A program made the position numbers and the translations under genes. 64,000 nt of DNA. It comes from an uncultured Actinomycetes bacterium. GTDB taxonomy: Bacteria; Actinomycetota; UBA4738; HRBIN12. Position 1 is the stretch's first letter. Each line of letters opens with the position of its first letter. Positions 12,116 through 22,319 of the stretch are shown here, in pieces. The stretch is taken from assembly GCA_963704725.1 (NCBI GenBank), contig OY969934.1, positions 2,208,001 through 2,272,000 on the forward strand, in the 5' to 3' direction. The notes below the pieces were generated by a model that worked only from the letters and a program-made list of their open reading frames with translations, had not been told where the DNA came from and searched no databases.

Positions 12116-12131
12116 GTTACAGTTCCGTGAC
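12116..12131 (+). promoter_or_regulatory. GTNAC-N6-GTNAC direct repeat (OmpR-family MtrA/GlnR-type box)
   Basis: GTTAC-AGTTCC-GTGAC, about 30 nt upstream of a TACGCT -10-like hexamer at 12161. Confidence 0.45.
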
Positions 12132-12245
12132 GATCGGGCCACGTGCCCTCCGGGCTTGGCTACGCTGATGTCGCTGTCGTGTGTCCGCGACCCGTCCGCG
12201 CGCGCCGCGGGCCCGGGCCGATTCGTCGGTCGAGGAGTGATGGGC

Positions 12246-12692
12246 ATGGTTCGCATCGAGCTATCGGCCGAGGGCAGGAGAGCGCTGGAGGAACGGCTGC
12301 AGCGTCTCGACGACCAGGCCTCGGACCTGAAGGTGCAGTGGGCGGAGTCTGCAGACCCGGCGACCCAGGCGGCTCTCGAGGCCGTCGGGCGGGAGAAGGC
12401 GCGCCTCCGCGAGGCCCTCACGGCCGCGCGCACGATCGAGGAAGGGGTCAGCGACGCGACCGTCGTCGAGCAGGGGGATACCGTGACGATCCGGATGGAC
12501 GGGGATCCCGGTCACGAACGGTTCAAGCTCGTGAGCGAGCTCGAGGCGCGCCTGAACGACTCGTGGATCTCCACCGAAGCGCCGATGGGACGAGCCCTGC
12601 TCGGCGGCCGGCTCGGGGACCGGGTCGACGTCCTCACGCCGAGCGGGCCCGTGCGCTACCAGATCCTGTCCATCGACCGAGACCCCCCGTAG
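12246..12692 (+). CDS. GreA/GreB C-terminal domain protein (atypical Gre-factor paralog)
   Basis: ISTEAPMGRALLG..GDRVDVLTPSG..RYQILSI; GAGGAG RBS; no GDLSENAEY acidic tip. Confidence 0.8.
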   Translation: MVRIELSAEGRRALEERLQRLDDQASDLKVQWAESADPATQAALEAVGREKARLREALTAARTIEEGVSDATVVEQGDTVTIRMDGDPGHERFKLVSELEARLNDSWISTEAPMGRALLGGRLGDRVDVLTPSGPVRYQILSIDRDPP

Positions 12693-12764
12693 GGCACCCA
12701 TTGAGCCGCGGTCACGCCGCAGCGGGCGGATCGAACGCGGCACGAGGCCGTCCCGGGCTCCTCC

Positions 12765-13448
12765 ATGGGTGAGCGCATCCTGCTGGTGGAGGACGACCGG
12801 CGCGTACGGCGGGCCACGGTGCTCGCGCTCGAGGAGGCCGGGTACGAGGTGCTCGAGGCCGACGGCGCCGAGACCGCGATCCAGGCCCTGATCGACGGGA
12901 ACCCGAACATCGCGATCCTTGACGTGATGCTGCCCGGTCAGGACGGGTTCGAGCTGTGCCGCCGGATCCGAAGGATCAGCGACCTCCCGATCATCTTCCT
13001 GTCCGCGCGGGGAGGAACGATGGACATCGTGATCGGGCTCGAGTCCGGCGGCGACGACTACGTCACCAAGCCCTTCAAGGTGCCGGAGCTCGTCGCCCGC
13101 ATCCGGGCCGCCCTCCGCCGGTTCGACGCCGAGGGTCATCAGGACCTGATCCGAGTGGGCGACCTGGAGATCGAGCCGTCCGCCGGCGTCGTCCGGCTGC
13201 AGGGTCGCGAGGTCTCGCTCACGAGGACCGAGTTCCGTCTCCTGGAGTGCCTCGCCTCTCGGCCCAACCAGATCTTCACGCGCGAAGTGCTCCTGGAGCG
13301 GGTGTGGGAGTACGACTACCTCGGCGACTCACGCCTGGTCGACGTGCACGTCCGTCGGCTCCGAGGCAAGGTCGAGCGCGATGCCGCCGCTCCCCAGCTC
13401 ATCAAGACCGTGCGGGGGTTCGGCTACAAGCTCGTCGGGCAGCCATGA
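12765..13448 (+). CDS. OmpR-family response regulator (MtrA-like)
   Basis: ILLVEDD, LDVMLPG, DDYVTKPF, VWEYDYLGDSRLVDVHVRRLR..TVRGFGY. Confidence 0.95.
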   Translation: MGERILLVEDDRRVRRATVLALEEAGYEVLEADGAETAIQALIDGNPNIAILDVMLPGQDGFELCRRIRRISDLPIIFLSARGGTMDIVIGLESGGDDYVTKPFKVPELVARIRAALRRFDAEGHQDLIRVGDLEIEPSAGVVRLQGREVSLTRTEFRLLECLASRPNQIFTREVLLERVWEYDYLGDSRLVDVHVRRLRGKVERDAAAPQLIKTVRGFGYKLVGQP

Positions 13449-14851
13449 CCCCGCTCCGGGGACTCCTGCGGCGTCAGAGCCTGCGCTTTCGGATCACGCT
13501 GACGTACACGGGCACGGCCGCGGCGCTCGCCATCGTCCTCAGTGCGGGAACCTTCTTCTCGGTGCAGCGAGCTCTGCTGGACCAGCGCGTCACCTCGACG
13601 ACGCGACAGACGATCTTCGCGCTCCTGTTCGCCCGGAGCTTCGTCGGCAGCGACGCCGAGCGCAACCAGCGGGTCGTCTCCCTACTCCAGTCGCGCGAGT
13701 CGCTCGATGCGATGGTGACCGACGGCGACACGTGGTTCTCCTCGTCGCTGTCCCTGACGCCGGACACCGTCCCGACCGAGCTGCGCGCCCTCGTCTCCCG
13801 GGAGCGACTGGCCTATCAGTTCACCTCGACCGGCGAGGAGAACGTGATCGTCTACGGCGCGCCGTTGCCTCCGCCCGGGGTGGACCTCTACCTGTTCTTC
13901 TCCATGGCCGACCTCTCGCGCGCGCTGTCGCTGCTCGGCCGAGTCCTGATCGTGGCGAGCGCCATCGTCGTCCTCGTCGCCGCCGCCCTTGCCCAGCGCA
14001 TCAGCCGTCGGGTGCTCCAGCCCCTGACGGCGGTCAGCCTCGCGGCTCGGGACCTGGCCGACGGCCTCCTGGAGGCACGGGTGGTCCCGGCGAGCACGGA
14101 CGAGCTGGGAATGCTGGCGAACTCCTTCAACGAGATGGCCGGCGAGCTCCAGCGGATGATCGAGCGCGAGCGCCGGTTCGTCGCCAACGCCTCGCACGAG
14201 CTGCGCACACCGCTGTCGACGTTGGAGGCGACCAGCGGGTTGCTGGCCGCCCACCGCGACGAGTTCTCGGGACCGGCGGGAGAGGCCGTGGACCTCGTCG
14301 TCGAGGACGTCGCCGGGCTCCGGCGACTGGTCGAGGAGCTCCTGGAGGTGTCCGAGCTCGACGCGGGCAGGGCGAGCGTGCGGTGGGAGGAGGTGGACCT
14401 GCGCGCCCTGGCCGACGCCGCCCTCAAGCGCCGTCACCTCGAGGCGCCGATCGACGGGGACCGGCTCGTCACGTTCTCCGACAAGGCACGCGTCGACCGC
14501 ATCGTGGGGAACCTGCTCGACAACGCCTTCACGCACGGCGGCGGCCGCGACGTCCGCGTGTCCGTTGCCGCGGAAGACCCGGGGTGCCGGATCTCGGTGT
14601 CCGACCGGGGTCCCGGGATCTCCGACGAGGACGTTCCGAAGCTGTTCGATCGCTTCTTCAAGTCCGACGACTCCCGCACCCGACGAACGGGCAGCGTCGG
14701 TCTCGGGTTGGCCATCGCCCACCAGAACGCCCGGCTCCTCGGGGGCTCGCTCGAGGTCCGGACGACCGAGGGCGAAGGATCGACCTTCTCGCTGTGGCTC
14801 CCCTGGCGGGAGGCCCCGCCCGATGTCTCCGAGGGCAAGGACGCGTCGTGA
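13445..14851 (+). CDS. HAMP-domain sensor histidine kinase
   Basis: Two TM segments, HAMP (DELGMLANSFNEMA), H-box ASHELRTPL, N-box NLLDNA, DRGPGI, GLGLAIA; ATGA overlap with the regulator. Confidence 0.95.
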   Translation: MTPLRGLLRRQSLRFRITLTYTGTAAALAIVLSAGTFFSVQRALLDQRVTSTTRQTIFALLFARSFVGSDAERNQRVVSLLQSRESLDAMVTDGDTWFSSSLSLTPDTVPTELRALVSRERLAYQFTSTGEENVIVYGAPLPPPGVDLYLFFSMADLSRALSLLGRVLIVASAIVVLVAAALAQRISRRVLQPLTAVSLAARDLADGLLEARVVPASTDELGMLANSFNEMAGELQRMIERERRFVANASHELRTPLSTLEATSGLLAAHRDEFSGPAGEAVDLVVEDVAGLRRLVEELLEVSELDAGRASVRWEEVDLRALADAALKRRHLEAPIDGDRLVTFSDKARVDRIVGNLLDNAFTHGGGRDVRVSVAAEDPGCRISVSDRGPGISDEDVPKLFDRFFKSDDSRTRRTGSVGLGLAIAHQNARLLGGSLEVRTTEGEGSTFSLWLPWREAPPDVSEGKDAS

Positions 14852-15414
14852 AGCCCTCGCGGCTGCTCGCGCTCGCCCTGGTGTCGGCCCTGTGCGCCTC
14901 CTGCGCTCCGGATCCCGGTCCGGTCGAGATCCCCCCCGATCAGCTGCCCGAGTCCCTCGCGCGAGGCGCGGAGCCGTTCCCCGGCAGCGGCACGGCGACG
15001 GCGCGCATGTACCTCGTGCGCGGAGGGAGGCTGGTGCGGGTCCTCCGGGACGTGCCCACGGAGACGTCCGCCGCGGAGACGGTCATGCTGGCCCTCCTCG
15101 AGGGCCCGACCGCGGACGAACGCTCCCAGGGGATCGAGACCGCCGTTCCGGGGGCCACCCAGCTCCTCGGCATCCGCATCCTCCAGGGGGTGGCGCACGT
15201 CGACCTCAGCGACGAATTCGAGGGACCCGCCGAGCCGACGATCGTGCTGCTTCGCATCGCGCAGGTGGTCTGGACGCTCGCCGGCGTCCCCGACGTGGTC
15301 GCCGTCGGCTTCGCGGTCGAGGGAGAGGCGATCGGCGTGCCCACCGAGGACCGGGCCGTGGTCGAGGGTCCCGTCTCGGCGCTGGACTACTCGCTGGTCG
15401 CGCCCACCGACTGA
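14848..15414 (+). CDS. GerMN-domain lipoprotein (LpqB/CseA-like accessory component)
   Basis: Signal peptide with lipobox-like CASC; LLEGPT..E...GIETAVP, AHVDLS, AQVVWTL; GTGA overlap with the kinase. Confidence 0.85.
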   Translation: MKPSRLLALALVSALCASCAPDPGPVEIPPDQLPESLARGAEPFPGSGTATARMYLVRGGRLVRVLRDVPTETSAAETVMLALLEGPTADERSQGIETAVPGATQLLGIRILQGVAHVDLSDEFEGPAEPTIVLLRIAQVVWTLAGVPDVVAVGFAVEGEAIGVPTEDRAVVEGPVSALDYSLVAPTD

Positions 15415-15485
15415 GGCGCGGATCGTCTCGAAACCGTTACGTCCGCGACGGGTGACCGCAACGTCGGGTTGGCAGGGTTGGACCG

Positions 15486-15731
15486 ATGTCCGCCTCGCAT
15501 TCGCTGGTACCGCCCTCGCCGGCGGGGACGGCGCGCCCGGTCGTTCCCTGCCCGCGTTGCGGAAGCCGAACCACGCGGCTGGAGGACCCGAAGGGACGTT
15601 GGTGCGTCTGCACGCGCTGCGGAACGTGGACCGCCGGGCGGATCCCCCAGGGGCAGGCGAGCGCGCCGACGCACGCCGATCGGGACGAGGGATCCTCGAT
15701 CCCGGACACGAACGGGCCGGGTTCGCCGTGA
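15486..15731 (+). CDS. Possible small zinc-ribbon protein
   Basis: 81-aa ORF with CPRCG and CTRCG; no clear RBS. Confidence 0.35.
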   Translation: MSASHSLVPPSPAGTARPVVPCPRCGSRTTRLEDPKGRWCVCTRCGTWTAGRIPQGQASAPTHADRDEGSSIPDTNGPGSP

Positions 15732-15816
15732 GGATCGGCGACACCGAGATGGCGGATGCCCGGCGACGCGGAACGGGAGACCATGACCGGCGAGCTCGGC
15801 CCCCCGGCGCGCCGGC

Positions 15817-16752
15817 ATGGTCTCACCCGACGAGCGGCTCCCGACGCCGCGCCTCGAGGTGACCGTGGACCGCGTCGGGATCGCGCTGAGCGGTGTCGGC
15901 GCGAGCGCGGTGACGTGGGAGACGGCCGTGCTGGCCGGCCTGGCCGACGAGGGCGTCGACCCTCGGACCGCCCACGCGATCGTCGGCACCTCGGCCGGCG
16001 CCGCGGTCGCGGGCCGCATCGCCATGGGAGCCGAGGCACAAGAGGCCGCCGCAGACCTGGCCCACGAGCCTCCGCCCGTCCCCTCGACCAGGGTTCGCCG
16101 GGCTGCACGGTCGACGGTCCGCCGCGCCATCGCGATCTGGAGCGATCCCGAGCTCGACGACCGCGAGCGGCGCCGACGGATCGGATCGCTCACCGTGGAG
16201 GGCGCCCTCCCCGCCGGATCGGGGCCTCAACGGTCACCGGCGGGCCCCACCCTTCCGCCGGAACCCTGGCCCGAGCGACTCCGGATCTCGGCGGTGGACG
16301 CACGCTCGGGGGACCGCGTCGTGTTGGACGCCTCGTGCGGTGCGAGCCTCGAGGAGGTGGTCGAGGAAACCCCCTCTCTGCCCGGGGTGGCGCCGGCGGT
16401 GTCGATCGGTGAGCGCGTCGTGACCGACGCCGCGCTCGTGTCCGGTGCGAACGCGGACCTCCTGGCGAACGCCGCCGTGGATACGGTCCTCGTGCTGACC
16501 ACGGCGAGCCTCGGCGATCCTCTGGACGCCGACGAGGAACGCGCTCTCGACCGCATGTGGAACGCCCATCTGGAAAGGGAGCTCGCAGCCCTGGGGGCCC
16601 GCAAGGTCCCCACCCTGGTGATCCGCCCATCCACGGAAGCTCGCCGGGCGATGGGGAACGACTTCACCCGACTCCGCGATCCGGCCGCCGTCGTGCAGGC
16701 GGGTTACGACCAGGGTCGCCGGGTCGCCTGCTTCCTATCGGCGTCCCAGTGA
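15817..16752 (+). CDS. Patatin-like phospholipase family protein (degenerate motifs)
   Basis: GIALSGVGA (altered glycine loop), nucleophile elbow VGTSAGA, TDAAL in place of DGG. Confidence 0.75.
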   Translation: MVSPDERLPTPRLEVTVDRVGIALSGVGASAVTWETAVLAGLADEGVDPRTAHAIVGTSAGAAVAGRIAMGAEAQEAAADLAHEPPPVPSTRVRRAARSTVRRAIAIWSDPELDDRERRRRIGSLTVEGALPAGSGPQRSPAGPTLPPEPWPERLRISAVDARSGDRVVLDASCGASLEEVVEETPSLPGVAPAVSIGERVVTDAALVSGANADLLANAAVDTVLVLTTASLGDPLDADEERALDRMWNAHLERELAALGARKVPTLVIRPSTEARRAMGNDFTRLRDPAAVVQAGYDQGRRVACFLSASQ

Positions 16753-16783
16753 CGACTTCCGAACGGGATCGAAGGAGGGATCG

Positions 16784-17056
16784 ATGACGAGCGCGGAATC
16801 GATCAGGGATCGCGCGTTGGAGCTCGCTCGAGATGAGCTCGACGCGGCATCGGCGATCCGAGCGCTGAGACGCGCCTGCGCCGGGCACATGGTCCCGGTG
16901 CGGATGGCTCGGGATGAGCTGTCGATCTGGCTCGAAGACGTCCCCGGGCATCGGGTGGCGAGGCGCGCCCTCGAGCTGCTGGATGGGCTGCTCGACGGAT
17001 CGCCCGCCCAGCACATCACCGAGGCGCGAGCCCCGGTACCCCAAGGCGTGGCCTGA
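16784..17056 (+). CDS. Small helical hypothetical protein
   Basis: Strong AAGGAGG RBS, ATG start, amphipathic helical 90-aa sequence. Confidence 0.65.
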   Translation: MTSAESIRDRALELARDELDAASAIRALRRACAGHMVPVRMARDELSIWLEDVPGHRVARRALELLDGLLDGSPAQHITEARAPVPQGVA

Positions 17057-17149
17057 GCAGCTCCGTGCTCGACGTCGGGATCACGACGTTTCCAACCCTC
17101 GCGTGTAGCGGGACCGGCGATCGTGGGATCGATCCGGGGACGCCCGGCC

Positions 17150-18007
17150 TCAGGCCCCGAGCCGGTAGGTTCGCATCGCACAACCTTCGAGGATCGAGTC
17201 GAGCGCTTCACCGACGAACTCCGACAACAGGCCGACCGTGACGTCGAAGACGTCCGAGTACCCGGCGGCGAGCAAGCAGACCGGCCAGTCGGATCCGAAC
17301 ATCAGCCGTTCCGGCCCGAAGACGTCGAGCGCCGTGCGGACGTAGGGCCGGAGGTCCGCCGGCCGCCACCCGCCCCAGCTCGCCTCCGTCACGAGTCCGG
17401 ACACCTTGCACACCACGTTCTCGAGGTCGCCAAGACCCTTGATGAGCGTGGACCAGGGCTCGATCTCCCCCGCGGCGATCGGCGGCTTGGCGAGATGGTC
17501 GACGACCAGCCCGAGCTGAGGGACCCGCCGAGCGAGCGCCTGCGCGGCAGGCAACTCCCTGCTGCGGACCAGGAGGTCGTAGGTCAGCCCGGCATCCGCG
17601 ACCGCCGCGAGGCCCCTGAGGACGTCGGCGCGCAGGAGCCATTCCGGGTCCGGCTCGTCATGTGCCTGATGTCGGATCCCGACGAGATGACGCCCGCCCG
17701 GTCCCGCGCGCAGCGTCGCGATCGTGTCGGCGACGTCGGGAGCGGTGAGGTCGACCCACCCCACCACGCCCGCGACCCACGTCACGGTGTCGGCGATCTC
17801 GAGCAGGCGTCGGGTCTCGTCGAGCTCGTGCCGAGCCTGGACCACGATCGTCGCGTCGATCCCGGCCGCGATGAGCTCGGGCTCGAGGTCGACCGGGCCG
17901 TACGCCCGCCGGAGCGCCTCGTACTCGCCCGTCATCCACGGGTACTCGGCGACCTCCGGGTCCCAGAAGTGCTGATGGGTGTCGATGACGCGGCCGGGCC
18001 GCCGCAT
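17150..18007 (-). CDS. Amidohydrolase family sugar lactonase (L-fucono-1,5-lactonase-like)
   Basis: IDTHQHFW, DHLAKP, CKVSGL, RLMFGSDWPV. Confidence 0.88.
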   Translation of the reverse strand: MRRPGRVIDTHQHFWDPEVAEYPWMTGEYEALRRAYGPVDLEPELIAAGIDATIVVQARHELDETRRLLEIADTVTWVAGVVGWVDLTAPDVADTIATLRAGPGGRHLVGIRHQAHDEPDPEWLLRADVLRGLAAVADAGLTYDLLVRSRELPAAQALARRVPQLGLVVDHLAKPPIAAGEIEPWSTLIKGLGDLENVVCKVSGLVTEASWGGWRPADLRPYVRTALDVFGPERLMFGSDWPVCLLAAGYSDVFDVTVGLLSEFVGEALDSILEGCAMRTYRLGA

Positions 18008-19038
18008 CAGGGCGCGACGGGCGTGCTGCGAACCGGAGCGTCGACGGCGACGTCACCGTCCACGTGCAGGCCCTGTTCCTCGGGCACGAGCCTGCCCCGT
18101 TGCTGCAGGGTCCGGAACAGCTCGACGGTGGCGGCGATCGCTTCCGGGAGTGGCGTCACCGGTGGCGGCCCGATGGTCTCGAGCCCACCGGTGTCGATGT
18201 CGTCGGGGAACGGCAGCGGATCGGGCTTGAACGTGATCCCGTCGGCCGCCCCGCCCACCACTCGGCGCAGAGCGTCGACCACCTCGGAGATCGCCGCGCG
18301 GGACCCGTTCAGGTTGAAGACGTTGGCGCCGCCCGCCGAGACCGCCGATGCCGCGGCGAGCGCCCCGGCAGCGTCGGGGGCGTAGTGGAACAGGGTCGAA
18401 CCGCCGAACCCGATCTCGTAGCGGCACCCCAGCACCGCCGCCACGATCGCCTTCGTCGGCGAGCTCGTGAGTCCCTGATCCCGGCCCGGCCCGAACACGG
18501 TCATGGGCCGGATGCCGATGCTCGAAACGCCGAAGTCCTCCCAGTACGCCCGCGCCGTCCCTTCGTTGGCGAGCTTGTAGGCGCCGTAGTGGCTCGCCGG
18601 TCGGGGCACGGTGTCGCGTGTCACGCTCCCGCCCTCGACCCGGTCGAACACCGCCATCGAGCTCGTGTAGACGACGCCGGGCAGGCTCGCCCTGCGCGCC
18701 GCCTCGAAGAGGTTCACCGTTCCGACGACATTCACGAGGGCACCCATCGGGGGATCGGCCCGGCAGAACGGGAGCTGGAGCGCTCCGAGGTGGATGATCC
18801 TGGTCACGCCCTCGGCGGCGATGATGCGCTCGACGGTCGCGAGGTCGGTGATGTCGCCCTCCACGAGAAGGACCTGCTCGAGCTGATCGGGCGTCGCGAC
18901 CAGCTCGAGCCGCCTCGCGTCGCGGGATCGATCGAGAGCCACGACCCGGATGCCTCTGCCGACCAGCTCGCGGACCGTCCATGCTCCGATGCATCCCAGG
19001 GCGCCGGTGACGAGCACGGTGTCGTCGTTCGTTCCCAT
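18007..19038 (-). CDS. NAD-dependent epimerase/dehydratase (extended SDR)
   Basis: VTGALGCIG, SS motif, YGAYK. Confidence 0.88.
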   Translation of the reverse strand: MGTNDDTVLVTGALGCIGAWTVRELVGRGIRVVALDRSRDARRLELVATPDQLEQVLLVEGDITDLATVERIIAAEGVTRIIHLGALQLPFCRADPPMGALVNVVGTVNLFEAARRASLPGVVYTSSMAVFDRVEGGSVTRDTVPRPASHYGAYKLANEGTARAYWEDFGVSSIGIRPMTVFGPGRDQGLTSSPTKAIVAAVLGCRYEIGFGGSTLFHYAPDAAGALAAASAVSAGGANVFNLNGSRAAISEVVDALRRVVGGAADGITFKPDPLPFPDDIDTGGLETIGPPPVTPLPEAIAATVELFRTLQQRGRLVPEEQGLHVDGDVAVDAPVRSTPVAP

Positions 19039-20360
19039 CAGACCCCCTCAACCTCGGGCGCGGACCATTCCGGCCCCAGAGGGTAAGAGAAGGCCCTGAT
19101 CGACGACGGGTGCATCGTGATGCTGAACCCGGGCGCGGTGGGGGCGACGTAGCGACCGTTGCGCACCTCGGCGGGGTGGACGAAATGCTCGTGGAGGTGG
19201 TCGACGTACTCGACGACCCGTCCCTGCATCGACCCGCTCACCGCCACGAAGTCGAACATCGCGAGATGCTGGACGTACTCGCAGAGCCCCACGCCGCCGG
19301 CGTGCGGGCAGACCGCCACGTCGAACTTCGCCGCCATCAACAGGACCGCGAGCACCTCATTGACGCCACCGAGCCGGCACGGGTCGATCTGCGCGAACCG
19401 GATCGCGTCGCTCTGGAACAGCTGCTTGAACATCACCCGGTTGTGACAGTGCTCGCCCGTGGCGACGCCGATCCCCGCCGGCTCGAGCGCCCGCGCGATG
19501 CGCGCGTGGCCGAGAACGTCGTCAGGGCTGGTCGGCTCCTCGATCCACCACGGGCGGAACCGGGCCAGCTCCCCCATCCACGCGATGGCCTGATCGACGT
19601 CCCACACCTGATTGGCATCGAGCATGACGAACCGGTCGTCTCCGACCTCCTCGCGGACGATTCCGGCCCGGCGCACGTCCTCCTCCAAGTCACGACCGAC
19701 CTTCAGCTTGAAGTGTTGCCAGCCCTCGGCCACCGCGGCGCGACACAGCGCGCGCACCCGCTCCTCCGAATACCCGATCCACCCGATCGAGGTGGTGTAC
19801 GCCGGGTACCCGTGCGACAGGACCGTGGCGATCCGCTCGTCGCGGCCCGGAAGGGCCTCCTTCAGGATCGCCGTCGCCTCGTCCGGCGTGAGCACGTCCG
19901 TGAGGTACCGGAACGGGATGGTCCGGACGAGCTCCTCGGGAGACAGGTCGATCAACAGCCTCCACAGGGGTTTGCCTTCGGACTTCGCGTACAGGTCCCA
20001 CACGGCGTTGACGACGGCGGCGGTGGCGAGATGGATCACCCCCTTCTCCGGCCCGACCCACCGCAGCTGCCCGTCGTTCACCAACGAGGACCAGAAGGCA
20101 CCCAGGTCCGAGGTGAGCGACTCGACGGTGCGGCCCACGACGAGCGGCGCCAGCGTCCGGATGGCCGCGACGCACAGCTCGTTCCCGCGCCCCGTCGTGA
20201 ACGTCATGCCGTGACCGGACAGCCCTCGGGCGTCGGTCTCGAGGATCACGTAGGCGGCCGAGTAGTCGGGGGCCTCGTTCATGGCGTCGGATCCGTCGAG
20301 CCAGCGGGACGTCGGGAAGCGGACGTCCACGGCAACGAGATCGACGATGGTTGTCGTCAT
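19038..20360 (-). CDS. L-fuconate dehydratase-like enolase superfamily enzyme
   Basis: DVRFPTS..LDGSDAMN..PDYSAAY, RWVGPEKGVIHLA, KLKVG, DANQ, IEEPTSPDD, TGEH, CPHAGGVGLCE, YVDHLHEHF. Confidence 0.93.
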   Translation of the reverse strand: MTTTIVDLVAVDVRFPTSRWLDGSDAMNEAPDYSAAYVILETDARGLSGHGMTFTTGRGNELCVAAIRTLAPLVVGRTVESLTSDLGAFWSSLVNDGQLRWVGPEKGVIHLATAAVVNAVWDLYAKSEGKPLWRLLIDLSPEELVRTIPFRYLTDVLTPDEATAILKEALPGRDERIATVLSHGYPAYTTSIGWIGYSEERVRALCRAAVAEGWQHFKLKVGRDLEEDVRRAGIVREEVGDDRFVMLDANQVWDVDQAIAWMGELARFRPWWIEEPTSPDDVLGHARIARALEPAGIGVATGEHCHNRVMFKQLFQSDAIRFAQIDPCRLGGVNEVLAVLLMAAKFDVAVCPHAGGVGLCEYVQHLAMFDFVAVSGSMQGRVVEYVDHLHEHFVHPAEVRNGRYVAPTAPGFSITMHPSSIRAFSYPLGPEWSAPEVEGV

Positions 20361-20473
20361 GGCAGCACTCCGTTCGACGGGAGCGAGTCGCGGTGAGCTC
20401 GAGGGGTCGACCGAGCTCCGTGCCCGGAGGACGGCAAGAGGCACGGAACGCTCGGCGACCCCCCGATCTCGCT

Positions 20474-21478
20474 CTATGCGAACTCGCCGACGTTGTCCGG
20501 CGTCACCATGGCCGTTCCGGTGTCCACGAACGGCTCGACCGTCCCGCCCGTGACCACCTGGTACAGCGTCTCCATCCCGAGCTCGCCGATCTTGGGGGGG
20601 AACTGGGCGACCGAGGCATCCTCCGTGCCCGCCGTGATCGCCGCGACCTCGTCGGGCAGCGCATCGAACCCCACCACCACGATGTCCTCGGGGGCGATCC
20701 CGGCGTTGTCGATCGCCTCCAGCGCTCCGAGGATCGGCGGCCCGCAGGCGCCGTAGATCGCGGTGACGTCCGGATGCGCCGTGAGGACGTCCTCGGCGGC
20801 GGCCACCCCCTTGACCTGGTCGCAGTCCGTCGGGACCTGCTGGACGATCTCGATGTCGGCATCGCCCAGTCCCTGGACCATCCCCTCGACACGGGCGTCG
20901 AGCGCCGGCACCCCGGGCACACCCTCGAGGACCGCCAGCGTCGATCCGGGCTCGAGGTTCTCGGCCAGCCATTGACCGGCGAGCATGCCGCCCGCGAGGT
21001 TGTCGGTCGCGACGACCGAGGACTTCCCGTCCCAGTTCGGCAGGTCGTTGTCGAGCAGGACGATGTCCACCCCGGCGGCGATCGCCGCGTCGAGGGCCGG
21101 CTGCACCGCCTCTCCCGTGGGCGTGATCGCGATGCCGTCGACACCCTGGGTCACCATCGACTCGATCAGCGCGATGACGCCCTCGTCGTCCGTCGCGGAC
21201 TCTCCCATGCCGGTGATAAGCTCGACGTCGGGGTGGGTCTCCGCCCAGGCTTTCGCTGCGTCCTCGATGACGAAGAAGAAGTCGACGGGGAACTTGGTGA
21301 TCAGCCCCAGCTTGTAGCTCCCGCCTGCGGTGCCGGTGGTCGAAGTCTCCGAGCCGGTGGTTTCTCCGGTAGGGCTAGTACCGGCACCGGCGGAGTCCTC
21401 TCCGTCACCGCAGGCGGCTGCAAGCAGCGCCAGGACCGCGGCCGCGGCCACCACCAGCCGAAGTGCTCCTCTTCTCAT
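20474..21478 (-). CDS. Sugar ABC transporter substrate-binding lipoprotein (RbsB-like)
   Basis: Lipobox LAAAC, VATDNLAGG, VVGFDA, SVAQFP. Confidence 0.92.
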   Translation of the reverse strand: MRRGALRLVVAAAAVLALLAAACGDGEDSAGAGTSPTGETTGSETSTTGTAGGSYKLGLITKFPVDFFFVIEDAAKAWAETHPDVELITGMGESATDDEGVIALIESMVTQGVDGIAITPTGEAVQPALDAAIAAGVDIVLLDNDLPNWDGKSSVVATDNLAGGMLAGQWLAENLEPGSTLAVLEGVPGVPALDARVEGMVQGLGDADIEIVQQVPTDCDQVKGVAAAEDVLTAHPDVTAIYGACGPPILGALEAIDNAGIAPEDIVVVGFDALPDEVAAITAGTEDASVAQFPPKIGELGMETLYQVVTGGTVEPFVDTGTAMVTPDNVGEFA

Positions 21479-21554
21479 CCGTCGACCTCCTTCCCCTCGC
21501 GGCGCTCCCGCCGCCCGACATGCACGATCGATGACGTTCCGCAGACTCCTCCCC

Positions 21555-22315
<761 letters not shown>

Positions 22316-22319
<4 letters not shown>

